A stretch of 64,000 nt of DNA from Candidatus Kerfeldbacteria bacterium (GTDB taxonomy: Bacteria; Patescibacteriota; Patescibacteriia; UBA10025; JAHIVO01), in NCBI GenBank assembly GCA_047946875.1, contig CP181398.1, positions 1,233,329-1,297,328 of the forward strand, written 5' to 3'. Position numbers and translations under genes: made by a program. Shown here piece after piece: positions 20,012-28,881 of the stretch; the first letter of the stretch is position 1, and every line of letters starts with the position of its first letter. The notes below the pieces were generated by a model, which searched no databases, had not been told where the DNA came from, and was given only the letters and a program-made list of their open reading frames with translations.

Positions 20012-21994
20012 TTATTGAATAATTTCTTCTTTATAGGTTTCTATTATATCCCCTTCTTTAAGTTCTGAAACATTTGTTATTTGAATCCCACATTCTGTAC
20101 CGGATGGTATAGATTTAGTTTCTTGTTTTGATTGTTGAAGTTTTGTGATTTCACCTTCATCAATTTTTTTATCATCTCTTATTATTCTTGCTTTTGTGTT
20201 AAGTTCAATTTTACCCTTAGTAACAAGCGCACCAACAATTTGAACTTTTTTCTCTGAACGAAAAATTGCCAATACTTTTGCTTTACCAGATTCCACAATT
20301 TCTGTTTTATATTCAACCATTCCATCAATTACTTTTTTAACGTGATCAGTTAGATCGTATATTATTGAGTATAAATTTATTGTTAAATCTTTTTCTTTGG
20401 CAATTTCTTGAGCAAGATTTTCAGCTTTAACATTAAAACCAAATATTAATGCTTTTGTTTTTTCAGCAGCTATAATATCATTATCATTTATAGTGCCTAA
20501 ACCTTGTTTAATAAATTTGATTTTAATATCATCAGTTTGTAGAACTTCTAATGATTGAATAATTGCTTCTAGTGAACCAAAGGCATCAGCTTTCAAAATA
20601 ATATTTAATACTTTATTACTTCCATTGCCTTCTTTTTTTTGTATAGATTGCCAGTTTTGTTTATCTTGGTAAACTTTTTTTTGATGACTAATTTTTTTCA
20701 TCATTTTTTTTAGTGATTGGTCACTATTAATAACTTGTAAAATATCTCCAACTTCTGGAATATTCTTTAGACCTAATATTTTTACCGGTGTAGATGGAGT
20801 AGCATTATCTATAATTTCTCCATTATAATCTTTCATAAATTTTATTTTACCTACTACTTCTCCGACTTGAATATTGTCTCCTTTTTTTAGTGTGCCCGCT
20901 AGAACTATTGATGTAGCTGATGGACCCTCACCTTTATCGATATGTGATTCGATGATAGTTCCAATTGCTAATTGTTTTGGATCGGATAGTATATTATCTT
21001 TTTCGACATCAGCTAAAAGTAAAAGATGTTCTAATAGGTCATCAATACCTTCGCCTGTTTTTGCTGATACAGGAACGCAGATAACTTTGCCTCCCCAATC
21101 TTCTGGTAATAAATCTTTTTGTGCTAATTGATTTTTAACTTTTTCGACATCAGCTTCTGGTTTGTCAGTTTTATTTAAGGCAACCAAGAAGGGTAATTTT
21201 GCACTTTTAATTATTTTAATAACTTCTTCAGTCTGTGGTTTAATTCCATCATCGGCAGCAATTATAAGAATGGCAATATCAGCCACCCTAGCACCACGAG
21301 AACGCATAGCAGTAAAAGCTTCATGTCCCGGAGTGTCTATAAATGTTATTTTCCTTTTGTTTTTTGTTACTTGATATGCACCGATATGCTGCGTAATTCC
21401 ACCTGATTCTTTTGCTATCACATTAGTTTTTCTTATAGTATCTAATAGTTGAGTTTTGCCATGATCCACATGTCCCATTACTACTACTATTGGTGGTCGA
21501 GATTTTAGTATCTTAGAATCTTTTTCAATTAGATCGTCGATAGTTGATTCATCTTCGGATTCTTTTGATTCATCTTCATCTTTAATAAGTGGCGTGAAAC
21601 CAAAGTCTTCTGCAATGATACTGGCTGTTTCATAGTCTATTTGTTCATTAAGATTAGCCAAAATTCCATTTTTCATAAGCTCCTGAATGATAGTGGCTAC
21701 TGGTTTTTTTAATAAATCTGCAAAGTCACGAACAGTAATTACACTAGGGATAATGATATTTTCTTTTTCTTTTTCATCTACTTCTTCTGGAATTTCAGTT
21801 TCTTCAGGAAGTTGTTCACGTCTATAATCTTCTATTATATCGGGGTTATTTCTAATTTTATCAATAATCATAAAAGCAGATTTGTCATCAACTTTTATTG
21901 CTTTTCGTCCAATATCAAAACCGATCTTAGGTAGTAAGTCTTTTAATTCATTGGTAGTTATTTTTAACTTTCTGGCTAGTTCGGTTACATTCAT
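20012..21994 (-). CDS. infB: Translation initiation factor IF-2
   Basis: G-domain GHVDHGKT, DTPGH, NKTD/SAK. C-terminal beta-barrel domains. Confidence 0.95.
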   Translation of the reverse strand: MNVTELARKLKITTNELKDLLPKIGFDIGRKAIKVDDKSAFMIIDKIRNNPDIIEDYRREQLPEETEIPEEVDEKEKENIIIPSVITVRDFADLLKKPVATIIQELMKNGILANLNEQIDYETASIIAEDFGFTPLIKDEDESKESEDESTIDDLIEKDSKILKSRPPIVVVMGHVDHGKTQLLDTIRKTNVIAKESGGITQHIGAYQVTKNKRKITFIDTPGHEAFTAMRSRGARVADIAILIIAADDGIKPQTEEVIKIIKSAKLPFLVALNKTDKPEADVEKVKNQLAQKDLLPEDWGGKVICVPVSAKTGEGIDDLLEHLLLLADVEKDNILSDPKQLAIGTIIESHIDKGEGPSATSIVLAGTLKKGDNIQVGEVVGKIKFMKDYNGEIIDNATPSTPVKILGLKNIPEVGDILQVINSDQSLKKMMKKISHQKKVYQDKQNWQSIQKKEGNGSNKVLNIILKADAFGSLEAIIQSLEVLQTDDIKIKFIKQGLGTINDNDIIAAEKTKALIFGFNVKAENLAQEIAKEKDLTINLYSIIYDLTDHVKKVIDGMVEYKTEIVESGKAKVLAIFRSEKKVQIVGALVTKGKIELNTKARIIRDDKKIDEGEITKLQQSKQETKSIPSGTECGIQITNVSELKEGDIIETYKEEIIQ

Positions 21995-22020
21995 ATTAGA
22001 ATTATATTTTAGTTAGATTT

Positions 22021-22056
22021 ATAAAAAACGATCCTATATTTTTGGATCGTTTGCTT
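22021..22056 (-). terminator. Intrinsic terminator downstream of the lipid-kinase-like gene
   Basis: aacgatcc-aaaaatata-ggatcgtt followed by TTTTTT on the minus strand. Confidence 0.55.
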
Positions 22057-22079
22057 TATGTAGTCAAATTGATTACTAC

Positions 22080-22859
22080 TTAAAACATACGATTTTTTCC
22101 AACAATAATTTTTAGTTTTTTTGGTAATACTTCTACAGCGATAGGAGTTTTGATTGTAGTGTGCCCATCTATTATGGCTGGTAAGCACTCTTTATTGCAT
22201 TTAATTTTAACTTTTTTGAAAGGAAATATGCTACTTTCTGAAAAATCATTATTAAAAACATTAAAAAAAGATTTCGGTTTCTCTGCTTGCGTAAACACTG
22301 CTTCTAGTAGTCCGTCTTTTGGGTTGCAGTGATGTCTTTTTTCTTTTGATGAACTGTTATTAATTTCTAAATCGAAATTACAGATACTTATCTGACTATC
22401 ATCAGTGATCGGTCTAATATTATAACTACCATAATCTAAAAATACTTCTTTGTTGATTGGTAGTTTAAGATTAGATATAAAATAATAATTATTTGCTTTA
22501 CCAAGGTCTATTTTTTCTACTAGGCGTGCAGATAAAATATCACATGCTGCCTCCCCTTCTGGTATTCCAAGTTTTTTTGCAATTTCGTTATTAGGTCCGA
22601 TAGGAATTATACCAAGAGTAATATTTAATTTTGGTAAGAGGCTAATCACTTTACTTATAGTTCTATCATTACCGACAGCTATTATTGTATCAGCGCCTCG
22701 CTTTACTATTTCACTCACAGATTCTGAAAAACTTTTTAGTATTGTTAATTTTTCTATTCTTCCATTGATACCCAAATCAGTAAGTCTTGACTCAATTTTA
22801 TCTAATATAGTTTGGTATTTTTTTTCTGAAAGATACTGATCAAATATATAGTTATGCAT
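22080..22859 (-). CDS. Diacylglycerol-kinase catalytic-domain (YegS/BmrU-like) lipid kinase
   Basis: DAGK_cat-like GADTIIAVGNDRT and IIPIGPNNEIAK motifs. Confidence 0.7.
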   Translation of the reverse strand: MHNYIFDQYLSEKKYQTILDKIESRLTDLGINGRIEKLTILKSFSESVSEIVKRGADTIIAVGNDRTISKVISLLPKLNITLGIIPIGPNNEIAKKLGIPEGEAACDILSARLVEKIDLGKANNYYFISNLKLPINKEVFLDYGSYNIRPITDDSQISICNFDLEINNSSSKEKRHHCNPKDGLLEAVFTQAEKPKSFFNVFNNDFSESSIFPFKKVKIKCNKECLPAIIDGHTTIKTPIAVEVLPKKLKIIVGKNRMF

Positions 22860-22873
22860 ACAAACAGTATTAA

Positions 22874-23278
22874 CTATTTATCCTGAGCTACTTTTTTATT
22901 ATCTTTGTTATCAACAGTAACATTTTCTTCAGTACCCATAGTACATTTACCATTAATTAATGCACCTTCTTCTACAGTTAATATTTTGGTTTCCAAGTTT
23001 CCTATAATTTTTGCTGAGCTTTTTAATTCTGCTTTTTCATTAACTTTTACGTTTCCTCGAATCTCTCCAGAAAGATAAAGATTATTTGCTGTTACTTCTG
23101 CTTTAATCTTTGCAGTGGATCCGATAGTTAAATTACTTTTAGTTTTTAAACTACCTTGGACAATACCATCAACAATAATATTACCGTCACTTTTAAAGTT
23201 TCCGTCTACTTTTACTGAAGATCCAATAATAGTTTCCGAATTACCGTCTTGTGGTGCCTCGTCATTAAAAATTGCCAT
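22874..23278 (-). CDS. Bactofilin-family cytoskeletal protein
   Basis: Repetitive beta-helix pattern (VDG.F.SDGNIIVDG.VQG...) typical of the bactofilin DUF583 core. Confidence 0.8.
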   Translation of the reverse strand: MAIFNDEAPQDGNSETIIGSSVKVDGNFKSDGNIIVDGIVQGSLKTKSNLTIGSTAKIKAEVTANNLYLSGEIRGNVKVNEKAELKSSAKIIGNLETKILTVEEGALINGKCTMGTEENVTVDNKDNKKVAQDK

Positions 23279-23419
23279 AAGTTGAATAGTTAAAAATTAA
23301 TTGATAGTATTCTGATTCTAGTATTTTTAATGGTTAAAGTCAAATTTTCAATTAATATAATTGTAATTTTATTCACATTAAGATAAACTAAAAATTAGTA
23401 TAAACATTTAAACAATAAT

Positions 23420-23698
23420 ATGGGTAATAAAAAGAATAAACAAAATTTACATGGAATTGAGCATTTATATCAAGAACTTGATAATAAAATCGAAACACCA
23501 GAAATTAAGAATGTTGAGCAGAAGGATAATACTAATATAAAGCCAGTCATAAAAGAAAAAAGTCACCTTAAAAAAGAGCTAGTAATTATTATTGTTATTA
23601 TGATCGTTTTATTTGGTGTTTTGGGAGTTATTTTATATTTTGACAATTCTAATGATTTTTTGCTAACGTTAGCTGAAAAACTCTCTAATCTATACTAA
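23420..23698 (+). CDS. Hypothetical small membrane protein (92 aa), weak call
   Basis: ORF with C-terminal TM. No SD. Its 3' end contains the palindrome TTTTTGCTAACGTTAGC that recurs in the intergenic region, so the coding status is uncertain. Confidence 0.3.
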   Translation: MGNKKNKQNLHGIEHLYQELDNKIETPEIKNVEQKDNTNIKPVIKEKSHLKKELVIIIVIMIVLFGVLGVILYFDNSNDFLLTLAEKLSNLY

Positions 23699-23791
23699 TT
23701 ATTTTACGACACAAAGTTTAAGCTAAATTTAGTAATATTCTGTAGAATACTCAAATATACTCTCTTTTTTGCTAACATTAGCAAAAAATGT

Positions 23792-23809
23792 ATGTTCCAC
23801 GTGGAACAT
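23792..23809. promoter_or_regulatory. 18-nt perfect palindrome ATGTTCCACGTGGAACAT, copy 1 (11 nt upstream of tRNA-Arg)
   Basis: Perfect inverted repeat with CACGTG core. Identical copy at 24528-24545. Confidence 0.5.
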
Positions 23810-23820
23810 ATAAATATTAT

Positions 23821-23892
23821 GCCCTCGTAGTTCAATGGATAGAACAAGGGACTCCTAAGCCTTAGATCTAGGTTCGATTCCTGGCGAGGGCA
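23821..23892 (+). tRNA. tRNA-Arg (anticodon CCU), no encoded CCA
   Basis: Hand fold. Acceptor gccctcg/cgagggc. D-arm gttc..gaac. Anticodon loop CU-CCU-AA. T-arm ctagg-ttcgatt-cctgg. The 31:39 pair is an A/G mismatch. Confidence 0.7.
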
Positions 23893-23966
23893 ATTTAACT
23901 TCATTTATTATAATAATGAATAATACATGTAGTTGAGAAAGTATTTAATATATTAATTTAATTTAT

Positions 23967-24521
23967 ATGAAGAAAGTAATATTGATTCATGGGTCATATG
24001 GAAATCCTGAAGAAAATTGGTTTCCTTGGTTAATAAAAAAACTAGTCGATAATGATTTTAAAGTATTTGCTCCAAAGTTTCCTACCCCGCTGAATCAGTC
24101 ATTTGAGGCATGGGAGGAAGTGTTAAGTAAACATATTAAAGAAATAGACGAAAATACTAAGATTGTTGCTCACAGTATAGGGGTACCGTTCGTATTAAAG
24201 ATAATTGAAAAATATGATCTAAATGTAAGTAATCTCTTTTTTGTATCTGGTTTTTTAAATAAGTTAAATGACAAAAGATTTGATGTAATTAATGAAACAT
24301 TTTTTAAGGATATTAATTGCGATAAATGTAATGACCTTTCTAATCAAGTATATATTTATCATTCAGATAATGACCCTTATGTTGCAATTAAACATGCTAT
24401 TGACCTGAGTAAGCAACTTAATGGTTCTAGACTTACAGTAATTAAAAACGGAGGTCATTTCAATAATGATTCCGGTTATACAAAATTTCCACAGTTATTA
24501 GAAGATATACTTAGTTCATAA
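23967..24521 (+). CDS. Alpha/beta-hydrolase, YdeN/RBBP9-like serine hydrolase
   Basis: ILIHGSYGNPEENWFPWL N-terminus. Nucleophile elbow AHSIG. C-terminal GGHF. Confidence 0.7.
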   Translation: MKKVILIHGSYGNPEENWFPWLIKKLVDNDFKVFAPKFPTPLNQSFEAWEEVLSKHIKEIDENTKIVAHSIGVPFVLKIIEKYDLNVSNLFFVSGFLNKLNDKRFDVINETFFKDINCDKCNDLSNQVYIYHSDNDPYVAIKHAIDLSKQLNGSRLTVIKNGGHFNNDSGYTKFPQLLEDILSS

Positions 24522-24527
24522 ATACAA

Positions 24528-24545
24528 ATGTTCCACGTGGAACAT
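24528..24545. promoter_or_regulatory. 18-nt perfect palindrome ATGTTCCACGTGGAACAT, copy 2 (47 nt upstream of tRNA-Ala)
   Basis: Identical to copy 1. Confidence 0.5.
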
Positions 24546-24592
24546 TGTAGATAGTAGATATAATTGTTATGATTTTGCGTAAATATATGTAA

Positions 24593-24669
24593 GGGCCTGT
24601 GGCGCAATTGGCTAGCGTGCTTCCATGGCATGGAAGAGGTTGTGGGTTCGAGTCCCATCAGGTCCACCA
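24593..24669 (+). tRNA. tRNA-Ala (anticodon GGC), CCA encoded
   Basis: Acceptor gggcctg/caggtcc with G3:U70 wobble (Ala identity element). Anticodon stem cttcc/ggaag with loop aU-GGC-At. T-arm gtggg-ttcgagt-cccat. Discriminator A plus CCA. Confidence 0.8.
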
Positions 24670-25029
24670 AATAGTTCACTTGTGTTGAATACTAACTAAT
24701 TGGTTTGTAGTATGTATTAGATAGGTAAAAATATACTATTAATTGTAAAAAGAAGGGAGTAAAGTAGTATTTAGATATTAATTATGTTAATGTTTCTAAT
24801 TGATGTATATTTTTGGTTATTTATGACTTTTGTAACTTATAATTTATTCAGAAGTGAAATGGTAAATATATTCCATATCCGATTTATTATTTATTGAATT
24901 TTGATTTTAACTGAATATTCCCAATTTATGATTCCTAAATTATTAATTTGTATGATATAATATATGATCAAAGTATTATAATTTTGTAAATATATTTTCG
25001 TATAAATAATAAGGTGGGGGGTGATAAAT

Positions 25030-25707
25030 ATGAATTCAGTATCCCAAATAGTAGAAAATTCATTTGCTGATTTTTGGTCGCAATTTACCAGTTTTATTCC
25101 TACATTACTACTAGCACTCGCATTACTTTTTGCGGGTTTTATTTTGGCTTGGTTATTAGAAATAGTATCTAGGAGAATAATGAAATTTGTAATGCTTGAT
25201 AAAATAGTAGAAAAAATTGGTTTAAAAGGATTATTTGATAAGGCAGGACTAAAAGTTAGTTTTACAAGATTGTTGTCAGGCATTGTTTATTGGTTTGTTC
25301 TAATTGTATTCCTGACATCAGTTATCGATGTGTTAGGACTAACTCAATTATCGAGTTTTATGGATGGGTTAGTTGCGTATTTGCCTAACGTGATTGCTGC
25401 GGTTGCTATATTAGTTATAGGAATTTTAGTTGCTAACTTATTATTTAATGTAGTTAAACATGCGAGTGAATCAGCAAATTTACAGTCTGCAAGTTTTCTC
25501 GCATCATTGACCAAATGGTCAATTTTTGTTTTTTCTTTTATTGCAGCATTAGTACAACTAAAAATAGCTCCGGATTTATTGACAGTATTATTTACTGGAA
25601 TTATTGTGATGATCTCGTTAGCGGGCGGTCTTGCATTTGGATTAGGTGGTAAAGATGCTGCTAAAGAAATTATTGAAAAGTTTAGAGGTAATATCAGAAG
25701 CAATTAG
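25030..25707 (+). CDS. Membrane protein with repeated 'conserved TM helix' units (MscS-associated TM_helix-like)
   Basis: AAGGTGGGGGG RBS. Two internally similar hydrophobic modules. A GTG at 25021 is an alternative start. Confidence 0.5.
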   Translation: MNSVSQIVENSFADFWSQFTSFIPTLLLALALLFAGFILAWLLEIVSRRIMKFVMLDKIVEKIGLKGLFDKAGLKVSFTRLLSGIVYWFVLIVFLTSVIDVLGLTQLSSFMDGLVAYLPNVIAAVAILVIGILVANLLFNVVKHASESANLQSASFLASLTKWSIFVFSFIAALVQLKIAPDLLTVLFTGIIVMISLAGGLAFGLGGKDAAKEIIEKFRGNIRSN

Positions 25708-25714
25708 TATATAG

Positions 25715-25748
25715 AAACAATCTTGAAAAATTCAAGGTTGTTTTTATA
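25715..25748 (+). terminator. Intrinsic terminator
   Basis: acaatcttga-aaaat-tcaaggttgt (9/10 bp) followed by TTTTTAT. Confidence 0.5.
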
Positions 25749-25804
25749 TACTGAAAAATAATTTATAGTTAATTTGTATTTACATATCGTTTATGAAAGA
25801 GGGG

Positions 25805-25833
25805 TTGACAAAAAAATCATAAAGGAATATACT
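25805..25833 (+). promoter_or_regulatory. Consensus sigma70 promoter for the csoR-like/trxA/trxB/gdhA cluster
   Basis: TTGACA - 17 nt - TATACT. Confidence 0.55.
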
Positions 25834-25855
25834 GGGGGGGAGTATACATAATTTT

Positions 25856-26134
25856 ATGAATAAACAAGAAGACAACAATAAATGTGACTTGAAATCAATA
25901 TGTAATAGATTGCATAGAATTAATGGACAAGTCACTGCGGTCGAAAGGATGTTAAATGAAAAAAGTGATTTTACGGCAATACTTCAACAGTTAGTAGCAG
26001 CTAGAACAGCCATGGATAAGGTTGCGGGTTTAGTGTTAGAAAGTGAAGCAAGAGGATGTTTAAGTAATAAGAATTCTAATTTAGCAACGAAAGAATTAAG
26101 TAAAATCGTTGCAACTTTTTTTAAAGTAACATAA
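25856..26134 (+). CDS. CsoR/RcnR/FrmR-family metal-sensing transcriptional repressor
   Basis: NRLHRINGQVTAVERMLNE...ILQQLVAARTAMDKV matches the DUF156 (CsoR) helix bundle. Cys16 and Cys68 lie in ligand positions. Confidence 0.65.
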   Translation: MNKQEDNNKCDLKSICNRLHRINGQVTAVERMLNEKSDFTAILQQLVAARTAMDKVAGLVLESEARGCLSNKNSNLATKELSKIVATFFKVT

Positions 26135-26207
26135 TAATGTTTACAATTAACAATAAGAAAGCTAAAATAAATAAGTAACTAATATATTAATTAAAATAAG
26201 AAAAAAT

Positions 26208-26531
26208 ATGTCAGAAGTAACTTTAACAGACAAAAATTTTGAGGAAGAAGTATTAAAATCTGAAATACCAGTTTTAGTTGATTTTTGGGCAGAGTGGTGC
26301 GGACCATGTAAAATGCAAGGACCAATCGTTGAAGAAGTCGCAAAAGACTTTGAAGGAAAAGCAAAAGTAGGAAAATTAGAAGTAGATCAGAATCCAACAA
26401 TGGCACAGAAATATGGAATTATGAGTATTCCTACTGTAGCAATATTTAAAGCTGGTGAAATTGTTTGGCAAGGAGTAGGGATGCAGCCTAAAGAAGGGTT
26501 AACATCCGAACTTGATAAAGTTTTAAAATAA
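26208..26531 (+). CDS. trxA: Thioredoxin
   Basis: WAEWCGPCK active site, 107 aa. Confidence 0.9.
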   Translation: MSEVTLTDKNFEEEVLKSEIPVLVDFWAEWCGPCKMQGPIVEEVAKDFEGKAKVGKLEVDQNPTMAQKYGIMSIPTVAIFKAGEIVWQGVGMQPKEGLTSELDKVLK

Positions 26532-26548
26532 ACTAAAAGAATATAGAC

Positions 26549-27511
26549 ATGAAATATGACGTAATTATAGTTGGTGGAGCGCCTGCCGGTATTACGGCAG
26601 CAATTTATGCTTCTCGTCGAGCAATGAAAACTTTAGTAGTAACTCAAGATATAGGTGGACAAGCAGCCACTACTCCAGATATTGAAAACTATCCAGGCTA
26701 TGCAAGTATTAATGGAATGGAGTTAATGGATAATTTCAAAAAGCAGGCTGAGAAAACCGGTACTGAATTTGTTTTTGAAGAAGTAAAAGAGGTAGTAAAA
26801 AAAGATGATAAATTTGTTGTTAAAACAAATACGAAAGAATTTGAAACAAAATCTGTTATTCTTGCATTTGGTTTAACTCATCGTCACTTAGGAATTCCTG
26901 GTGAAGAGGAGTATGGGGGAAAAGGTGTATCATATTGCGCAACATGTGACGCGCCATTATTTAAGCAAAAAGACGTAGCAGTGGTTGGTGGAGGTAATTC
27001 TGCTTTAGATGCAACTTTATTATTATCTAAATTAGCTAAGAAGGTATATTTGATTCACCGCCGTGATAAATTTAATGGAGAACAAATTTTAATTGATCGA
27101 GTTTTGGCAGCTGATAATGTTGAGATTGTTTATAATAGTAAGGCTATAGAAGTAAAAGGTGAGATGGTGGTAAAGAGTTTAATTGTTACAGATATAGAAG
27201 ATGAAACTAAAACTAGAGAAATTGAATTACAAGGTATCTTTGTAGAAATTGGTTTTCAAGTAAAAGGAGATTTAGTTGAAGGGTTAGTTGAGCTAGATGA
27301 GCGAAAACAAATAATTGTTAATAAGAATTGTGAAACTTCAACACCTGGAATATTTGCTGCTGGTGATGTGACTGATATTGAGTTTAAGCAGATTGTTATA
27401 TCTGCTGGAGAAGGTGCTAAGGCAGCTTTATCTGCAAATAAATTTATTAATTCAGGGAAGATTACGGGCGTCGATTGGGGTTCTCAAAAAGTAAATAGCA
27501 ATAATAAATAA
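26549..27511 (+). CDS. trxB: Thioredoxin-disulfide reductase
   Basis: FAD GGAPAG. Redox-active CATCDA. NADPH-binding GGGNSAL. Confidence 0.9.
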   Translation: MKYDVIIVGGAPAGITAAIYASRRAMKTLVVTQDIGGQAATTPDIENYPGYASINGMELMDNFKKQAEKTGTEFVFEEVKEVVKKDDKFVVKTNTKEFETKSVILAFGLTHRHLGIPGEEEYGGKGVSYCATCDAPLFKQKDVAVVGGGNSALDATLLLSKLAKKVYLIHRRDKFNGEQILIDRVLAADNVEIVYNSKAIEVKGEMVVKSLIVTDIEDETKTREIELQGIFVEIGFQVKGDLVEGLVELDERKQIIVNKNCETSTPGIFAAGDVTDIEFKQIVISAGEGAKAALSANKFINSGKITGVDWGSQKVNSNNK

Positions 27512-27519
27512 ATAATTTT

Positions 27520-28794
27520 ATGGACAATCAAACAATAAATCCTTTTGTTAATGCACTAAAAAAATTAAAAGAGTCTATTAATTATTTAGATATTGATGAT
27601 AAGTATTACGATATTCTAAGCAAGCCGGAAGCAGTACTTGAAAAAGATATAAAAATTGAGATGGATGATGGTACTAAAAAAATATTTCCAGGATATCGTG
27701 TACAGTTTAATAGTACTCGTGGACCATATAAAGGTGGAATAAGATTTCATCAAGAAGTTGATTTAGATGAAGTTAAAACTTTAGCTTTCCTGATGAGTAT
27801 AAAATGTGCAGTAGCGAATATACCTATGGGTGGAGGTAAGGGAGGTATTCAAGTTAATCCAAAAGAATTATCAAAGATAGAAGTTGAAAAAATATCTAGA
27901 GCATGGGTACAAGCTTTTTTTGATAAGATTGGACCAGAGAAGGATATTCCTGCCCCAGATGTAAATACAAATCCTCAGATTATGACTTGGATGGTAGATG
28001 AATATTCTAAGATAGCTGGTGAAAAATCTCCAGCTGCATTTACAGGTAAACCAATAGAAGAAGGTGGTTCGGCTGGTAGAGAATTTTCTACATCACAAGG
28101 AGGCCATTATGTGTTGACTGAGTTAGCAAAAAAATTAAAATTAATTCCAAATCAGTCTAAAGTGGTTGTGCAGGGTTTTGGTAATGCCGGTTTTCATATG
28201 GCCAGAATATTACATCAAGATGGATATAAGATTATTGGTGTAGCGGATTCGAGAGGTGGAGTTGTATCACGTGATGATAGTTTAAATCCAAATCATTTAA
28301 TAAGAGAGAAAAAAAATAATGGGAAGCTTGAAGGAGTTTATTGTTTAGGAGATGAATGTTTTAAGGTCGAGCATGACCATATAGAGAATAAAGATTTATT
28401 AGAATTGGAAACTGATATATTAGTTCCTGCTGCTTTAGGAAATCAAATTACCGAAGAGAACGCAGGTCGTATTAAAGCTAAAATTATTATTGAACTAGCT
28501 AATGGACCGATTACCCCTGAAGCTGATAAAATTTTGTATGAAAAAGGAATTATCGTTATACCTGATATTCTTGCCAATGCTGGTGGAGTGATAGTTAGTT
28601 ATTTTGAATGGTTGCAAAATTTAAAAAATGAAAAGTGGTCAGAGGAAGAAGTCTTAAAAAAACTTTCTGATATTATGATTAAAGAATTTGATAATGTCTG
28701 GACAATCGCCCAAGATAAAAAAGTAGATTTAAGAACCGCAGCTTATATTTTAGCAATCGGCAGAATAGTAGAGGCCATCAAAAGTAAAAAATAA
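27520..28794 (+). CDS. gdhA: Glutamate dehydrogenase (Glu/Leu/Phe/Val dehydrogenase family)
   Basis: GGGKGG catalytic-Lys region and Rossmann GFGNAG. Confidence 0.88.
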   Translation: MDNQTINPFVNALKKLKESINYLDIDDKYYDILSKPEAVLEKDIKIEMDDGTKKIFPGYRVQFNSTRGPYKGGIRFHQEVDLDEVKTLAFLMSIKCAVANIPMGGGKGGIQVNPKELSKIEVEKISRAWVQAFFDKIGPEKDIPAPDVNTNPQIMTWMVDEYSKIAGEKSPAAFTGKPIEEGGSAGREFSTSQGGHYVLTELAKKLKLIPNQSKVVVQGFGNAGFHMARILHQDGYKIIGVADSRGGVVSRDDSLNPNHLIREKKNNGKLEGVYCLGDECFKVEHDHIENKDLLELETDILVPAALGNQITEENAGRIKAKIIIELANGPITPEADKILYEKGIIVIPDILANAGGVIVSYFEWLQNLKNEKWSEEEVLKKLSDIMIKEFDNVWTIAQDKKVDLRTAAYILAIGRIVEAIKSKK

Positions 28795-28807
28795 ATAATG
28801 ACAAAAA

Positions 28808-28868
28808 GATTTTTTAGGCAGTGGAGTCAATGTTAGGTTTATCGAGGGAGAGTCAATTTAGAATTTAA
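28808..28868 (+). pseudogene. Remnant 3' end of a paralog of the downstream FG-GAP protein gene
   Basis: Translates ..LGSGVNVRFIEGESI*, against the C-terminus ..GGGANVRVIEGELI* of the 893-aa protein. Part of the 61-nt direct repeat. Confidence 0.5.
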
Positions 28869-28881
28869 TAAAATTATAGAT
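28821..28881 (+). repeat. Direct repeat copy A (61 nt, about 90% identical to 31523-31583)
   Basis: gtggagtcaatgttaggtttatcgagggagagtcaatttagaatttaataaaattatagat. Confidence 0.8.
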
